A stretch of 64,000 bases of DNA from an uncultured virus (IMG/VR IMGVR_UViG_3300006128_000010) (taxonomy: Duplodnaviria > Heunggongvirae > Uroviricota > Caudoviricetes). The stretch lies in IMG/VR virus record IMGVR_UViG_3300006128_000010; one strand, written 5' to 3'. Position numbers and translations under genes: made by a program. Shown one piece after another: positions 9,956 through 19,388 of the stretch (position 1 is its first letter; every line of letters starts with the position of its first letter). The notes below the pieces were generated by a model. That model was not told where the DNA came from, did no database searches, and saw nothing but the letters and a program-made list of their open reading frames with translations.

Positions 9956-10162
9956 TGTGGGTATCGTAACCTGTTTAAAATCCGCAGTCCTAATGACTCT
10001 TACTAGTGTAGTCCACCGGCTACCGCAGATTCCCAATATTAGATCTTTCAGCCAGTTGTCCTACCTGGCACCTGCTACTCCCCTGTTACGGGTGATCTAA
10101 ATTTGGGTCGTGCTGTTCCTCTACGATTAGGATCTGTGACTCGTCTTTCCTCCAGACCCACA
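9956..10162 (-). ncRNA. unassigned structured ncRNA (~207 nt)
   Basis: GC-richer non-coding island with nested helices; promoter TTGCAA-N16-TATAAT ends just before the 5' helix. Confidence 0.6.
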
Positions 10163-10202
10163 AGATCATTATAATAGATAAGTTTAAAATTGCAACCGTT
10201 GG

Positions 10203-10397
10203 TTAGATAATTGCAACAGCAGCAGTCACATATCGTGATGCAACCATAACGCCGATGTTGGAAATTATCTTCAATATTGCTGTAACAGTCTTACGTCTTT
10301 TGTTGATTTTGAACACACGTTTAACCAGGAACATAACGCCTTCGATTACCACAAATTCTATGACTTCTTTTATTATTATATTTCTTGCTGTCAACAT
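10203..10397 (-). CDS. small hydrophobic/basic protein
   Basis: 64-aa ORF, GGAG SD, two hydrophobic stretches. Confidence 0.5.
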   Translation of the reverse strand: MLTARNIIIKEVIEFVVIEGVMFLVKRVFKINKRRKTVTAILKIISNIGVMVASRYVTAAVAII

Positions 10398-10484
10398 GGA
10401 CGTTACTCCAACTACAAATAGTGTTCGTCAATATTTACTTATAGTTCAAAAAAAGTCAACTCTTGTTGTGATTTTTAAAGTAAT

Positions 10485-10800
10485 AGGGAGATTGTTTAAT
10501 ACGGTTCTCCCCTGACCGCAGACCTTAAACCTTAAGCAGCGATTTTCATCTCTACAACAGGTGTATTGTCATTTGCAAATGCGTTAGCATTTATTAGTTT
10601 TATTGCATTAACCAAGCTTTCGCCGGACCATCTACTTCAATCTTTATTCGCTTGTTAATCCTATGTCTGGCCCATCATAGTAACATTGCCAACCGCAAAG
10701 GGCGATTTCGTGGGCTAAGCCTAGGAAACAATGTTACTATGGTAGATCAGCCCGGTACTGCCCCGGGGTCCATAACGTTTTATTACATTGCTATCAACAA
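10485..10800 (-). ncRNA. ssrA: circularly permuted (two-piece) tmRNA
   Basis: T-arm and acceptor end ...CTGATCTACCA (to 10740) precede 5' piece GGGCCAG (from 10673); G3:U70 pair, A73; tag frame (ANAF)ANDNTPVVEMKIAA* at 10532-10588. Confidence 0.92.
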
Positions 10801-10808
10801 TGGTAATT

Positions 10809-10838
10809 TATTTATAGTGTCTTATTTTAAATTGTCAA
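10809..10838 (-). promoter_or_regulatory. tmRNA promoter (overlapping early and late boxes)
   Basis: TTGACA-N16-TATAAATA. Confidence 0.7.
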
Positions 10839-11023
10839 TCAACGCTGTCTTCTTTGCCAGAAATGGATCTCATCAATGATATGGGATAATCCACAATACG
10901 AGACAGTGCTTCTATTGCTAGTTCTTGTCTGACACCACCAGCAATTTTATCTTTAGACCACATGACATATTTGATTAATGCATTAATATCACGTGCATTT
11001 TGATCGCGAATTTCGTTCTGCAT
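10835..11023 (-). CDS. hypothetical protein
   Basis: 62-aa ORF with GAGGG SD downstream of a structured leader. Confidence 0.55.
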   Translation of the reverse strand: MQNEIRDQNARDINALIKYVMWSKDKIAGGVRQELAIEALSRIVDYPISLMRSISGKEDSVD

Positions 11024-11026
11024 TTT

Positions 11027-11153
11027 GGACCCTCAGAATCGCCTTCTGCAAAGATACTTACCGTCACAGACTGAATTATAGGAGATCAACCCTATAAATT
11101 GTTCAGTCCTCCGGAATTGTATCTTTGCGAAGGTCCCGGATATCTGTATCCGG
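11027..11153 (-). ncRNA. structured leader or small RNA
   Basis: long interrupted rod 11042-11133 plus hairpin 11136-11153; TTGACA at 11184-11189. Confidence 0.5.
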
Positions 11154-11185
11154 CTGTTTAACTATTACTTCAAATATCTAAGTTG

Positions 11186-12202
11186 TCAACTTGGACCTGT
11201 TGGTCCTGTTGGTCTTGTAACAGCGGGTTTTTCAACTGGACGGAAATCTGTATTGTCATCTACATCAGCACCACAGTCGTGTACATCGTCGATTTCTGTT
11301 GATTGTTGTAGGTTTTTGGCTATTACCATGCTGAGATAAGTCCAACAAATGGTAGCAGCAGCTAAACTGGTTATTTCAGCATGATCGTACGGAGGTGAAA
11401 CCTCTACTAGATCCATACCTATCCAATTTAATCCAGCCAAATATTCCAAGCATTCTAACACCCACATGCTGGATAGTCCACCAATTTCTGGTGTTCCGGT
11501 ACCGGGTGCATATGCAGGATCTAGTGCATCAATATCGAATGTAAGATAAACCGGAGTATGGTCAATAATTTTAATTGTGTTTGAAATCACGGCCATTAAG
11601 TTAGTCTGTGCATATCTAGCAGTAAATGTAGTACCACCATGGTGATCTAGAAAGTTTCTGGACTTACTATCGGAAGGACTTCGTATTCCGATGCTAATAA
11701 TCTTTGTGGGATCAACCAGTTCTTCTGTGATAGCATTATACAACCAAGTTCCGTGGCCAACAGGTTCATCAAAATTTGTACGCCATGTATCACAGTGTGC
11801 ATCAAAATGTACAACAGCTATCTTACCATATCGCTTGTTCATAGCACGTAGTATTCCAATGGTAACTGTGTGATCACCGCCCAGAAATACTGTATGCTTG
11901 TTCCAATTTAATACATTATTTGTAACTGTTTCAACTTGTTCTAACATTTTCAATGTATTACCGACAGTTATGTCAGCATCGCCGAGATCCACTGTATGAT
12001 CTCGAATGTTGACATTGAAATAAGGGTGATACCCATCCGTTAGCATCATGCTTGATTCTCGTATAGCAGCAGGTGCAAATCTTGCACCCGGTCTATATGA
12101 TGTAGCAGTATCGCTAGGTAATCCTATAACTGCAAAACGTTTTGTTGTATCGTCGGATGTTTTACAAAATGTACGTAAACCTTGAAATGGTTTAGATATC
12201 AT
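11186..12202 (-). CDS. speB: agmatinase (ureohydrolase)
   Basis: RPGARFAP, GGDH, HFDAHCD, HGT, FDIDALDPAYAPGTGTPE. Confidence 0.88.
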   Translation of the reverse strand: MISKPFQGLRTFCKTSDDTTKRFAVIGLPSDTATSYRPGARFAPAAIRESSMMLTDGYHPYFNVNIRDHTVDLGDADITVGNTLKMLEQVETVTNNVLNWNKHTVFLGGDHTVTIGILRAMNKRYGKIAVVHFDAHCDTWRTNFDEPVGHGTWLYNAITEELVDPTKIISIGIRSPSDSKSRNFLDHHGGTTFTARYAQTNLMAVISNTIKIIDHTPVYLTFDIDALDPAYAPGTGTPEIGGLSSMWVLECLEYLAGLNWIGMDLVEVSPPYDHAEITSLAAATICWTYLSMVIAKNLQQSTEIDDVHDCGADVDDNTDFRPVEKPAVTRPTGPTGPS

Positions 12203-12537
12203 ACAATAAGACCTTTTTCTCCTGCTCTTGGTACAGCAATACCACTCGTGTTGTGGATATATCCACTTTTAACTTCATCAGCTGCTGTAAGCATGGTTAT
12301 AATATGAATATGTTTTAAGGTTATTTTTGAATCGCTATTAGCACCCAGCACAAAAAATGGGAGCATTTGTATACCAGGCCTTCCTGTTTTTTCGTCAATT
12401 GACACGTTCAGTAGTACTGGCTTTTGAATGGTAACTGTATTGGTATCTTGTGACACAAATTTAGCAACAATTTCTTCCTGAGTAACCAACTTAATGGTTA
12501 CAACATCATTGGCTTCGATAGCTTTTTCTATTAACAT
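12199..12537 (-). CDS. conserved phage protein, possible Sm-like fold
   Basis: VVTIKLVTQEEIVAK beta pattern; likely start MLIEK. Confidence 0.55.
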   Translation of the reverse strand: MLIEKAIEANDVVTIKLVTQEEIVAKFVSQDTNTVTIQKPVLLNVSIDEKTGRPGIQMLPFFVLGANSDSKITLKHIHIITMLTAADEVKSGYIHNTSGIAVPRAGEKGLIV

Positions 12538-12594
12538 GATCAATCCTTGGGTAAATGATATTTTAGTATACCATGTTAATATCGTCGAGATCAA

Positions 12595-13503
12595 TCAAGC
12601 TTTGAGATAACTTGGTAAGTTTTCTCCATTTTGGCCGGCGCTGATAATACTAGGTGGGTTGGTTGTGTATCCTACTCTTGATGCATCACTTTTTGGAATA
12701 CCTCTGTTATATGATACATGTATCCAACCTGCTGCACTTCCGCTTGGGGACTTTTCATATAGCAACTGACGGAATTTTATTCCGCTATTCAATATCCATT
12801 TAAACATTGCTACATTACCGCTAGGAGTTCCTAGGCTAATATCTGCTGCACAACCGGTGATATGTTCACTTGTTAACGAGCCGCCTATCCTTTGATTATA
12901 TGCTGTAGATCTATAAGCACTATTAAGTGGATCTTTGTTGAAATGAAATTGTGCATAAACTGGATCTAATACATTTAAACAAAGTTCAATAAAATTTGCT
13001 GCAACTTGTCTAGCTGATAAGTTAAATGTTGATTCATTTTGAGGTGGGTTTCTAATATGTGCCATTTTAAAATATTGACTTATTTGTTTATTATAAAATG
13101 GATCAGATATATCAGTTGGGAAACTATTGGGAAGATTATCAACTGATAACTCATACGTACCCGACGGTGCGCTGGGATTTGGATTAGGGCCTGTGGCGCT
13201 AAAATCATTGTATGCACCGGTTGCACCTGCACTAGAACTGATTCCGCTACTAGCTGGATCACCGCCATTGTCATCACCTTTAGCACCTTCCCCCATGAGT
13301 GCAGCTTCATTTCTTAACATAGCAGCATGACCACTTTCGTTGGAACTATACATGGTCAAACCGCCAACTGATGCTGTACCAGGAGAACCATCATTAAACG
13401 CACCAGCAGGCGGTCTCCAGAGAGCCACTGGTACTTTATTAACAAACACATTGTTGCTGTAAAAAACATCTAATCCTGCATATGTTGGAGGATTTAATGG
13501 CAT
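12595..13503 (-). CDS. peptidase M15 Zn peptidoglycan hydrolase, probably virion-associated
   Basis: SAYRS, SEH...AADI, WIHVS motifs; late box upstream. Confidence 0.8.
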   Translation of the reverse strand: MPLNPPTYAGLDVFYSNNVFVNKVPVALWRPPAGAFNDGSPGTASVGGLTMYSSNESGHAAMLRNEAALMGEGAKGDDNGGDPASSGISSSAGATGAYNDFSATGPNPNPSAPSGTYELSVDNLPNSFPTDISDPFYNKQISQYFKMAHIRNPPQNESTFNLSARQVAANFIELCLNVLDPVYAQFHFNKDPLNSAYRSTAYNQRIGGSLTSEHITGCAADISLGTPSGNVAMFKWILNSGIKFRQLLYEKSPSGSAAGWIHVSYNRGIPKSDASRVGYTTNPPSIISAGQNGENLPSYLKA

Positions 13504-13601
13504 ATTAGCATCCTTAAAATTATATTGTTTTGATATTTATAACTGATTTTTAGTTGAAATTAGGAGTAAATATATTATATTACAATTTAATAGGTTTTTC
13601 G

Positions 13602-15227
13602 ATGAGTAATGATTTTGGTGGCATTAATGATCCATCTAACGGGCAGGGAGCGGTACCAAGCTATGCAACTGCATTCAAAGGCACTTTTGCACCGTTGCCT
13701 ACTGCATTGCCAGATTCTGGCAATGTACCTTTAATAGGGTCCCCTATTATTGGTACACCTGTTGTAACTGATACATTACAATTGAAAGAATGGAGAATCT
13801 ACTCACAAGATAATAAACTATGGGCCAGTAACGGAACACATAATTTACAATTTGTTCTTGTTAACCCAGCAGGTTTAGTACAAAGTACCAACGCCCCGAA
13901 CAAACTAAGTGACGGCAGCGATGGTAGTAGTGGATCTAGTCTTGGTAATACTGCTGTAACTGGACGTACGGTTAGCGCAACTGGTGGTGCTAGCACTGCT
14001 GCCGGAATACCAACATTTAATAATATTACCTATGGCAACACCAGTACAGATGTACCTCCGCCTGAATCTTCTGCTGGGGGATCATCTGCAAGCGGGTCCA
14101 CAAGTGGCGGAGGTACCGGAATTGTAAATCAAGCAATTTCTGCATATGGAAGTTTAGGTATTGGTCCTCTTAATAACACACCTTGTTTACCTCCTGATAT
14201 ATCTAATATGTTGAGTGGACTTACCCCTGGTGGGTTGACTGCACTTGTTATGGATTTATCTAAACAAACTCAAGAGTTGACTAATATGACAAAAATGATA
14301 TCAACTTTATTACCAGGGTTACCATATAGTGCAACAGGTACAATATTAAGTCAACTCACCAAGGGAATCAAAGGTATTACCAGCGGGCTGTCTAGCATTA
14401 AAGGGGAATTAACAGGAGGATTATCCAATATTACTAGCGAGCTTGGTTGTATCACACAAGATTTAACTGCAATCAGTTCATCTATTACGTCAACCATTGG
14501 GTCATTATCTAATCAAAGTTTTATCAGTTCATTGCCCAACAACTTGTCAGTTGATTCATTAATAAGTCAACTATCGTCAACAAATTCCCAATTGAATGCC
14601 GGAGTTTCTGCTATCAATTCATTTAATAATAGTTTGGGTTCACTTGGTACAGTAGGACCACTTAGTACTACTACACAGATTATTCAGCCAGGGATTACCA
14701 ATACCACAGTCACAACTACATCTATGCAAATGGCCGGTGCTGAACTTGAATTTTTAGTAAATGGCGTTTACAAATTAACAAATTTTTCATCATCTGTTAG
14801 TACTGGTTTTCAAACTGTACAACAATATTTAGGTAAACCTATATCAGTCACAGATTGGAACCATTTGATTGCTGCTGCACATGCGGTGTCTGGATCTGAT
14901 CTAACAGAATATGTGTGGGCAATTGGAACTATATTAAATCGCAGTCGATTAACAGGATTAAGTGTGACAGATATTTTAAAACAACCTGGCCAATTTACTG
15001 CAATAATATCATTTCTTGACAATACATGGTCTGAAAAGTTTATAAACGGACCTGCGTTTGATCAAGAATATATTATTAATGATTTAATAGTTAAAGATTT
15101 AAACTCTATCCCAAAAAACAACTACTACTTTGATTCAGCTATAGGTAAGACCGCTGCAAAACGCAGCGGTGTAGATGGTATTTTAATAGGACAAAGTTTT
15201 GTATATCCCGGCGCAAAATGGCCTTAG
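13602..15227 (+). CDS. S/T/G-rich virion protein with C-terminal SleB-like domain
   Basis: TILNR...VTDILKQPGQF, YYF, IGQSF pattern; likely start MSNDF. Confidence 0.6.
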   Translation: MSNDFGGINDPSNGQGAVPSYATAFKGTFAPLPTALPDSGNVPLIGSPIIGTPVVTDTLQLKEWRIYSQDNKLWASNGTHNLQFVLVNPAGLVQSTNAPNKLSDGSDGSSGSSLGNTAVTGRTVSATGGASTAAGIPTFNNITYGNTSTDVPPPESSAGGSSASGSTSGGGTGIVNQAISAYGSLGIGPLNNTPCLPPDISNMLSGLTPGGLTALVMDLSKQTQELTNMTKMISTLLPGLPYSATGTILSQLTKGIKGITSGLSSIKGELTGGLSNITSELGCITQDLTAISSSITSTIGSLSNQSFISSLPNNLSVDSLISQLSSTNSQLNAGVSAINSFNNSLGSLGTVGPLSTTTQIIQPGITNTTVTTTSMQMAGAELEFLVNGVYKLTNFSSSVSTGFQTVQQYLGKPISVTDWNHLIAAAHAVSGSDLTEYVWAIGTILNRSRLTGLSVTDILKQPGQFTAIISFLDNTWSEKFINGPAFDQEYIINDLIVKDLNSIPKNNYYFDSAIGKTAAKRSGVDGILIGQSFVYPGAKWP

Positions 15228-15490
15228 TTAATACCCCAAAATGCTATTAATTCATTATAGCCGCCTATATAATTATTGTCTAGCCATATTTGTGGTACAG
15301 TCTTGGCATTAGGAGCTCGTTCGAGTAATGCTTCGCGAGAAACCAATTCTTGATTTGGCTTAAGATCCGAACCTTGTGATTCTGTCAACTTTATTATTTT
15401 TTCTTCGTATTCTACGCCCTTGATTTTAAATAAATTCTTAGCCTTATCACAATATGGGCAATTAGGCTTTGTCCAAATTTCTGCTTTCAT
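15224..15490 (-). CDS. glutaredoxin
   Basis: CPYC, TVPQI, YIGGY; start MKAEIW at 15490. Confidence 0.92.
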   Translation of the reverse strand: MKAEIWTKPNCPYCDKAKNLFKIKGVEYEEKIIKLTESQGSDLKPNQELVSREALLERAPNAKTVPQIWLDNNYIGGYNELIAFWGIN

Positions 15491-16190
15491 GATATTCCTT
15501 TGAATCCTTATGTTTAATGTGTATGAGATTTCCCACCGCGTCTTGACCAATCCACACTGAATCTGGCGGCGGTTCCACTCCAGCATGTTGATAATGCCAC
15601 GCCCACTTGCTAACATAGGCAACTGTGGGTTTAAGGCATTGAACTATTGATAACTTACTTTGTTTAACAGCTTCCCAAAAATATCTATCACTCCATAATC
15701 TAGACCCCGGATCAGTAACCCAATATGACATCAAATGTAAAGCTGCACGAGTTAAAAACATGCAGTTGGTATCAACCATGTTCTCACCGTTGCTCTCTAT
15801 TCTATCCACATAAAGTTCTGTACCGTCTAGTGCATGTATTCTACGAGTAGCTATAACTCCTGCAGCACCAGATTCTTTTAGTGTTTTAACCATATTTTCA
15901 ATATGATCCGAATCGATCCAGTTGTCTGCATCTAAAAATCCTACTGCATCATATCCTCTACTAAATGCTGAAATTGCACCCAATGCTCGGGGTGTAGCAC
16001 CTGCATCTACGTGAGAGTGAGGTAACTCTACGTGTTCTACATTCCATGATTTACATTTGGGATTAGGAAACCCATCAGCGACCATCAAATGAGTTACATT
16101 TGGATGTGTTTGATTCACAACACTGTCGTGACACTTTTTCAGACATTTGATAGACTCCTTATAATAAGGAGTAATTATGGCTACTTTCAT
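15462..16190 (-). CDS. family 2 glycosyltransferase
   Basis: IITPYY, SVVNQT, VADG, FLDADN. Confidence 0.85.
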   Translation of the reverse strand: MKVAIITPYYKESIKCLKKCHDSVVNQTHPNVTHLMVADGFPNPKCKSWNVEHVELPHSHVDAGATPRALGAISAFSRGYDAVGFLDADNWIDSDHIENMVKTLKESGAAGVIATRRIHALDGTELYVDRIESNGENMVDTNCMFLTRAALHLMSYWVTDPGSRLWSDRYFWEAVKQSKLSIVQCLKPTVAYVSKWAWHYQHAGVEPPPDSVWIGQDAVGNLIHIKHKDSKEYHESRNLDKA

Positions 16191-16207
16191 TTTGTATCTT
16201 TTCTAAA

Positions 16208-17308
16208 TTACAAGTTTGGAAGCTCGTTGTAATCAATAACAGAATCCATTACACCTATTATATAATTTGTGCTTTCAGACTCTTGCAATGCAGTTTGCTT
16301 CTTGCTAGGATCACTGTGCTTATTGAACCAAGGTATAGGAGTAGTCTTAGGACCAAAACCTTGATATTTAATGCCAACTTCTTTCAATGCAAGCATTGCT
16401 GTATAATCAACAAAATCTTTTAGAATGTTAGCATTGAGCCCAATTACAGGACCCTTCTTAAACAAGTAATCTGCCCAGGATTTTTCTTCCTGTATCACAC
16501 TCATGTACATTCTGTAGACTTCGTCTTGACATTCTGCTTTTGCATCAGCAAATCTAGCGTCGTCTTTTGCTACTTGATTAATAATATAAGCAGTCCACTC
16601 CTTATGCAATATTTCATCCTGTAAAATTAAGCTGATAATATTACCATTACCAATAAAGATTTTGTTCTCTACCATAGCTAGGCTAGTAGCAAATGATACC
16701 ATGAAACGAAACGCTTCTAGTGCATAGCTAGCATGTAATGCCAACCAAACTGCCTTAACATGGTCTTTTTCAGATACAGTTGCGCCAGTTTCTTTTAGGC
16801 AATTTATTTGATGCAATCTATCATAATAATTACCCACACTAGAAGCCATATCAACAATCTCTTGTGTATCATGAATCGTATTAAACACATCTTTTGGTAC
16901 ATTATAGATGTTTCTAATGATATGACTATAACTGCGGCTATGGATGTTTGTTTCAAACATTGACCAAATCAGTACCAACGCTTCTAATTCTGGAACACTT
17001 ACCACAGGACTGAATACCTGCACCGGGCCACGGCCTTGTATACTGTCCAGAGCTGTTTGACGCAGCAAGTTGCTGGTAAAGATATGTTTTACTGCATCGC
17101 TTGCATCTTTGAAATCATTGGCATCTTTGGTTAGTGATATTTCCTCTGGGACCCAGAAGAAACCTCGTTGAGTTGCTTCGAACTTTTGTATCTTAGGATA
17201 ATGCACTTCTTCAAATCGTTGAATAGTTACTGGTCCAGCAGGATCTAGAAACATCTTTCGATTAAGATAATCAGTTTTTGTTTTTAAATTATATTGAGCC
17301 GTTGACAT
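16208..17308 (-). CDS. nrdB: ribonucleotide reductase class Ia beta subunit
   Basis: FFWVPEE, QTALDSIQGR, ETNIHSRSY, DEILH. Confidence 0.95.
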   Translation of the reverse strand: MSTAQYNLKTKTDYLNRKMFLDPAGPVTIQRFEEVHYPKIQKFEATQRGFFWVPEEISLTKDANDFKDASDAVKHIFTSNLLRQTALDSIQGRGPVQVFSPVVSVPELEALVLIWSMFETNIHSRSYSHIIRNIYNVPKDVFNTIHDTQEIVDMASSVGNYYDRLHQINCLKETGATVSEKDHVKAVWLALHASYALEAFRFMVSFATSLAMVENKIFIGNGNIISLILQDEILHKEWTAYIINQVAKDDARFADAKAECQDEVYRMYMSVIQEEKSWADYLFKKGPVIGLNANILKDFVDYTAMLALKEVGIKYQGFGPKTTPIPWFNKHSDPSKKQTALQESESTNYIIGVMDSVIDYNELPNL

Positions 17309-17329
17309 TGTCTACTCCGTTATCCATTA

Positions 17330-18418
17330 TTATAGCTTACAAGCTTCGCAGTCTGAATCATCGTCACTGTAGTCTATCGGTGCCAGTTCTTTAATTAGAT
17401 CAAGGTCATCAACTTTTGACCCAGATTTATCCATTAGGCTATAATACAAGGTCTTCAATCCCCATTTATGTGCCTGCATTAAATTTTTAGCTATCAATGT
17501 GGTTGGGACTTTGCGATCTGGAAAATGTTTAGGCGAATAAAACGTATTCACTGAAATAGCCTGATCAACATATGCAGCTAACACCGCAGCAGTTTTCAAA
17601 TATCCGATACAGTCTGTTTGATCCCACATCAACTGATACTTGTTCTTGAGTCTGTGATATTCCGGAACCACTTGCGTAAGTGATGCAGCCTTGCTTTCTT
17701 TAGTAGCAATCAAACTCATTGGCATTTCTATACCATTTGTTGAATTAATACAAACTGAACTTGATTCAACAGGAGCAACTGCTAGCAGCGTAGCATTACG
17801 TACTCCGTGTTGTTTTATTTCATTTCTTAATGATTCCCAGTCAAGTTCTGGTGTAAAGTCTGTAAGCTCATTAACACCATTTGCTCTTAACTCCCAAGGA
17901 AACGTGCCTTGGCCATAGCGTGTCTTAGCACTATCTAAACAAGGACCGCGTTCCTTTGCCAGCTCTACTGTTGCTTCAGTTAAATAAAATGCCTGATGCT
18001 CTATAAATGTCTTTACTTCTGCTAAGCATTCTGGATCACCATACTTCAATCCTCTCTTGGCTAAGAAGTATGCTAGATTAGTGACACCTATGCCAATCGG
18101 ACGTATCTCGTCATTTGATAATTTAGATTGGATACTCAAGAAGTCCTGATAATCTAAAATGTTATTCAAGCTTCTAAGCAGAATTCTACAAGCACGTCTC
18201 ATGTCTTCTGGATTGCGGAATGCACCCCAGTTAATTGATCCAAGTGTACATAGGGAAATACGACCTTCTGCATCATCTAAACGCTTGAACGGCTTGTTAG
18301 GTAGTGTGATCTCACAATTATGAATCAATATATCGTTAGCAAAAAAACATTCTGTTTCTGGAACAGAAATGTCGTATACGTCAGTTTGTTTAACTTTGAT
18401 TTTTTTAATTTTGATCAT
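17330..18418 (-). CDS. nrdA: NrdA C-terminal fragment fused to C-terminal split intein (34 aa)
   Basis: VYDISV...FFANDILIHN|CEITLP; CTLGSIN, KTLYY, C-terminal CEAC. Confidence 0.95.
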   Translation of the reverse strand: MIKIKKIKVKQTDVYDISVPETECFFANDILIHNCEITLPNKPFKRLDDAEGRISLCTLGSINWGAFRNPEDMRRACRILLRSLNNILDYQDFLSIQSKLSNDEIRPIGIGVTNLAYFLAKRGLKYGDPECLAEVKTFIEHQAFYLTEATVELAKERGPCLDSAKTRYGQGTFPWELRANGVNELTDFTPELDWESLRNEIKQHGVRNATLLAVAPVESSSVCINSTNGIEMPMSLIATKESKAASLTQVVPEYHRLKNKYQLMWDQTDCIGYLKTAAVLAAYVDQAISVNTFYSPKHFPDRKVPTTLIAKNLMQAHKWGLKTLYYSLMDKSGSKVDDLDLIKELAPIDYSDDDSDCEACKL

Positions 18419-19356
18419 ATTTTTAATTTTCCTAATTTAAAATCTGGATTATGTTTACAAAATTCTGCTTCGTTTGTGACTTTTATATTTTTCACTCCAT
18501 TATTGTACCAACGATGTTTTGAAGAATGCGCAGATGCTAATTTTCTTTGTGCATTGCTTCTATGATATGAATCATATTTAATTTGAGTACCTTTTACTGA
18601 GTTAACTTCATTTAATAAATCATTCACAGAATCATAATTATTCCAAATCCAAGCTAATGATATTTTTTTAAACTCTGAAAATTCTTTTTTTATTGCAGAA
18701 GTAAGTAGTGACAATTTTAAATACCTGTCTTGACAAGAATTAACTACACAATTTAATAATCTTTCTCGTCTTTCAAGGGTTAGCTCTTTATAATTAGTGT
18801 TATTTGAACCTACTTGTGACTTTCTATTTGCTGTTTTTGCTGGAAGACCTTTACAATGGTGAATCCATTCGCCGGATAATACTTTCGGATGATCTATTGG
18901 CACAGAACCTATTTTTTTCCGAGTTAGTGCATCCACAACCGGCATTTTTCCAGTTTTTGCTTTACTAATACTCTCGATTCCCAACATACGCAAGTGTTCC
19001 ATCTCTTTCAAAAAATTACTATCAATCTCTGATAAATTTTTCTGTCTTTTATGATTCCCTGTGGCTTTTACAAAAAAGAATTGCAATGCTGAGCCAGCTG
19101 AATATGCATATCTTGAATCTTTATATATTTCATACAAATAATAATGTGCTATTAAATGTTCAGAAAATGTTAGAAAAACCAAGTTATCAGAACTGTTTGG
19201 GTTCCCATCTAAATGTCCCTTAGGTCCGGGTCGCCTCCGGTTTTTAAATAGAAAATCTGGAATAATATGATGTACTTCATAATATATTCCTTGATTCTTC
19301 ATTCTATTCTCTTTTCTAGCATTATCAATAATATTTTTATACAACTTTTTATACAT
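18415..19356 (-). mobile_element. free-standing HNH homing endonuclease inside fractured nrdA
   Basis: YEVHHIIP...NLVFL...EH..AH; WYNNG module; AT-rich. Confidence 0.88.
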
Positions 19357-19388
19357 ATGAATTTCTCCATATGTATTTATGTTAGCAA

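Noticed and set aside
9956..10162. RNase P RNA or TPP/SAM riboswitch (GAGGAAAG; GGTGCC...GGCTGA)
   Set aside because: No complementary 3' P4 strand and the remaining riboswitch core motifs are absent
10652..10879. 75-aa plus-strand ORF
   Set aside because: Antisense to the tmRNA
18415..19388. Group I intron in nrdA
   Set aside because: Almost no non-coding space for a ribozyme core; split intein halves explain the break
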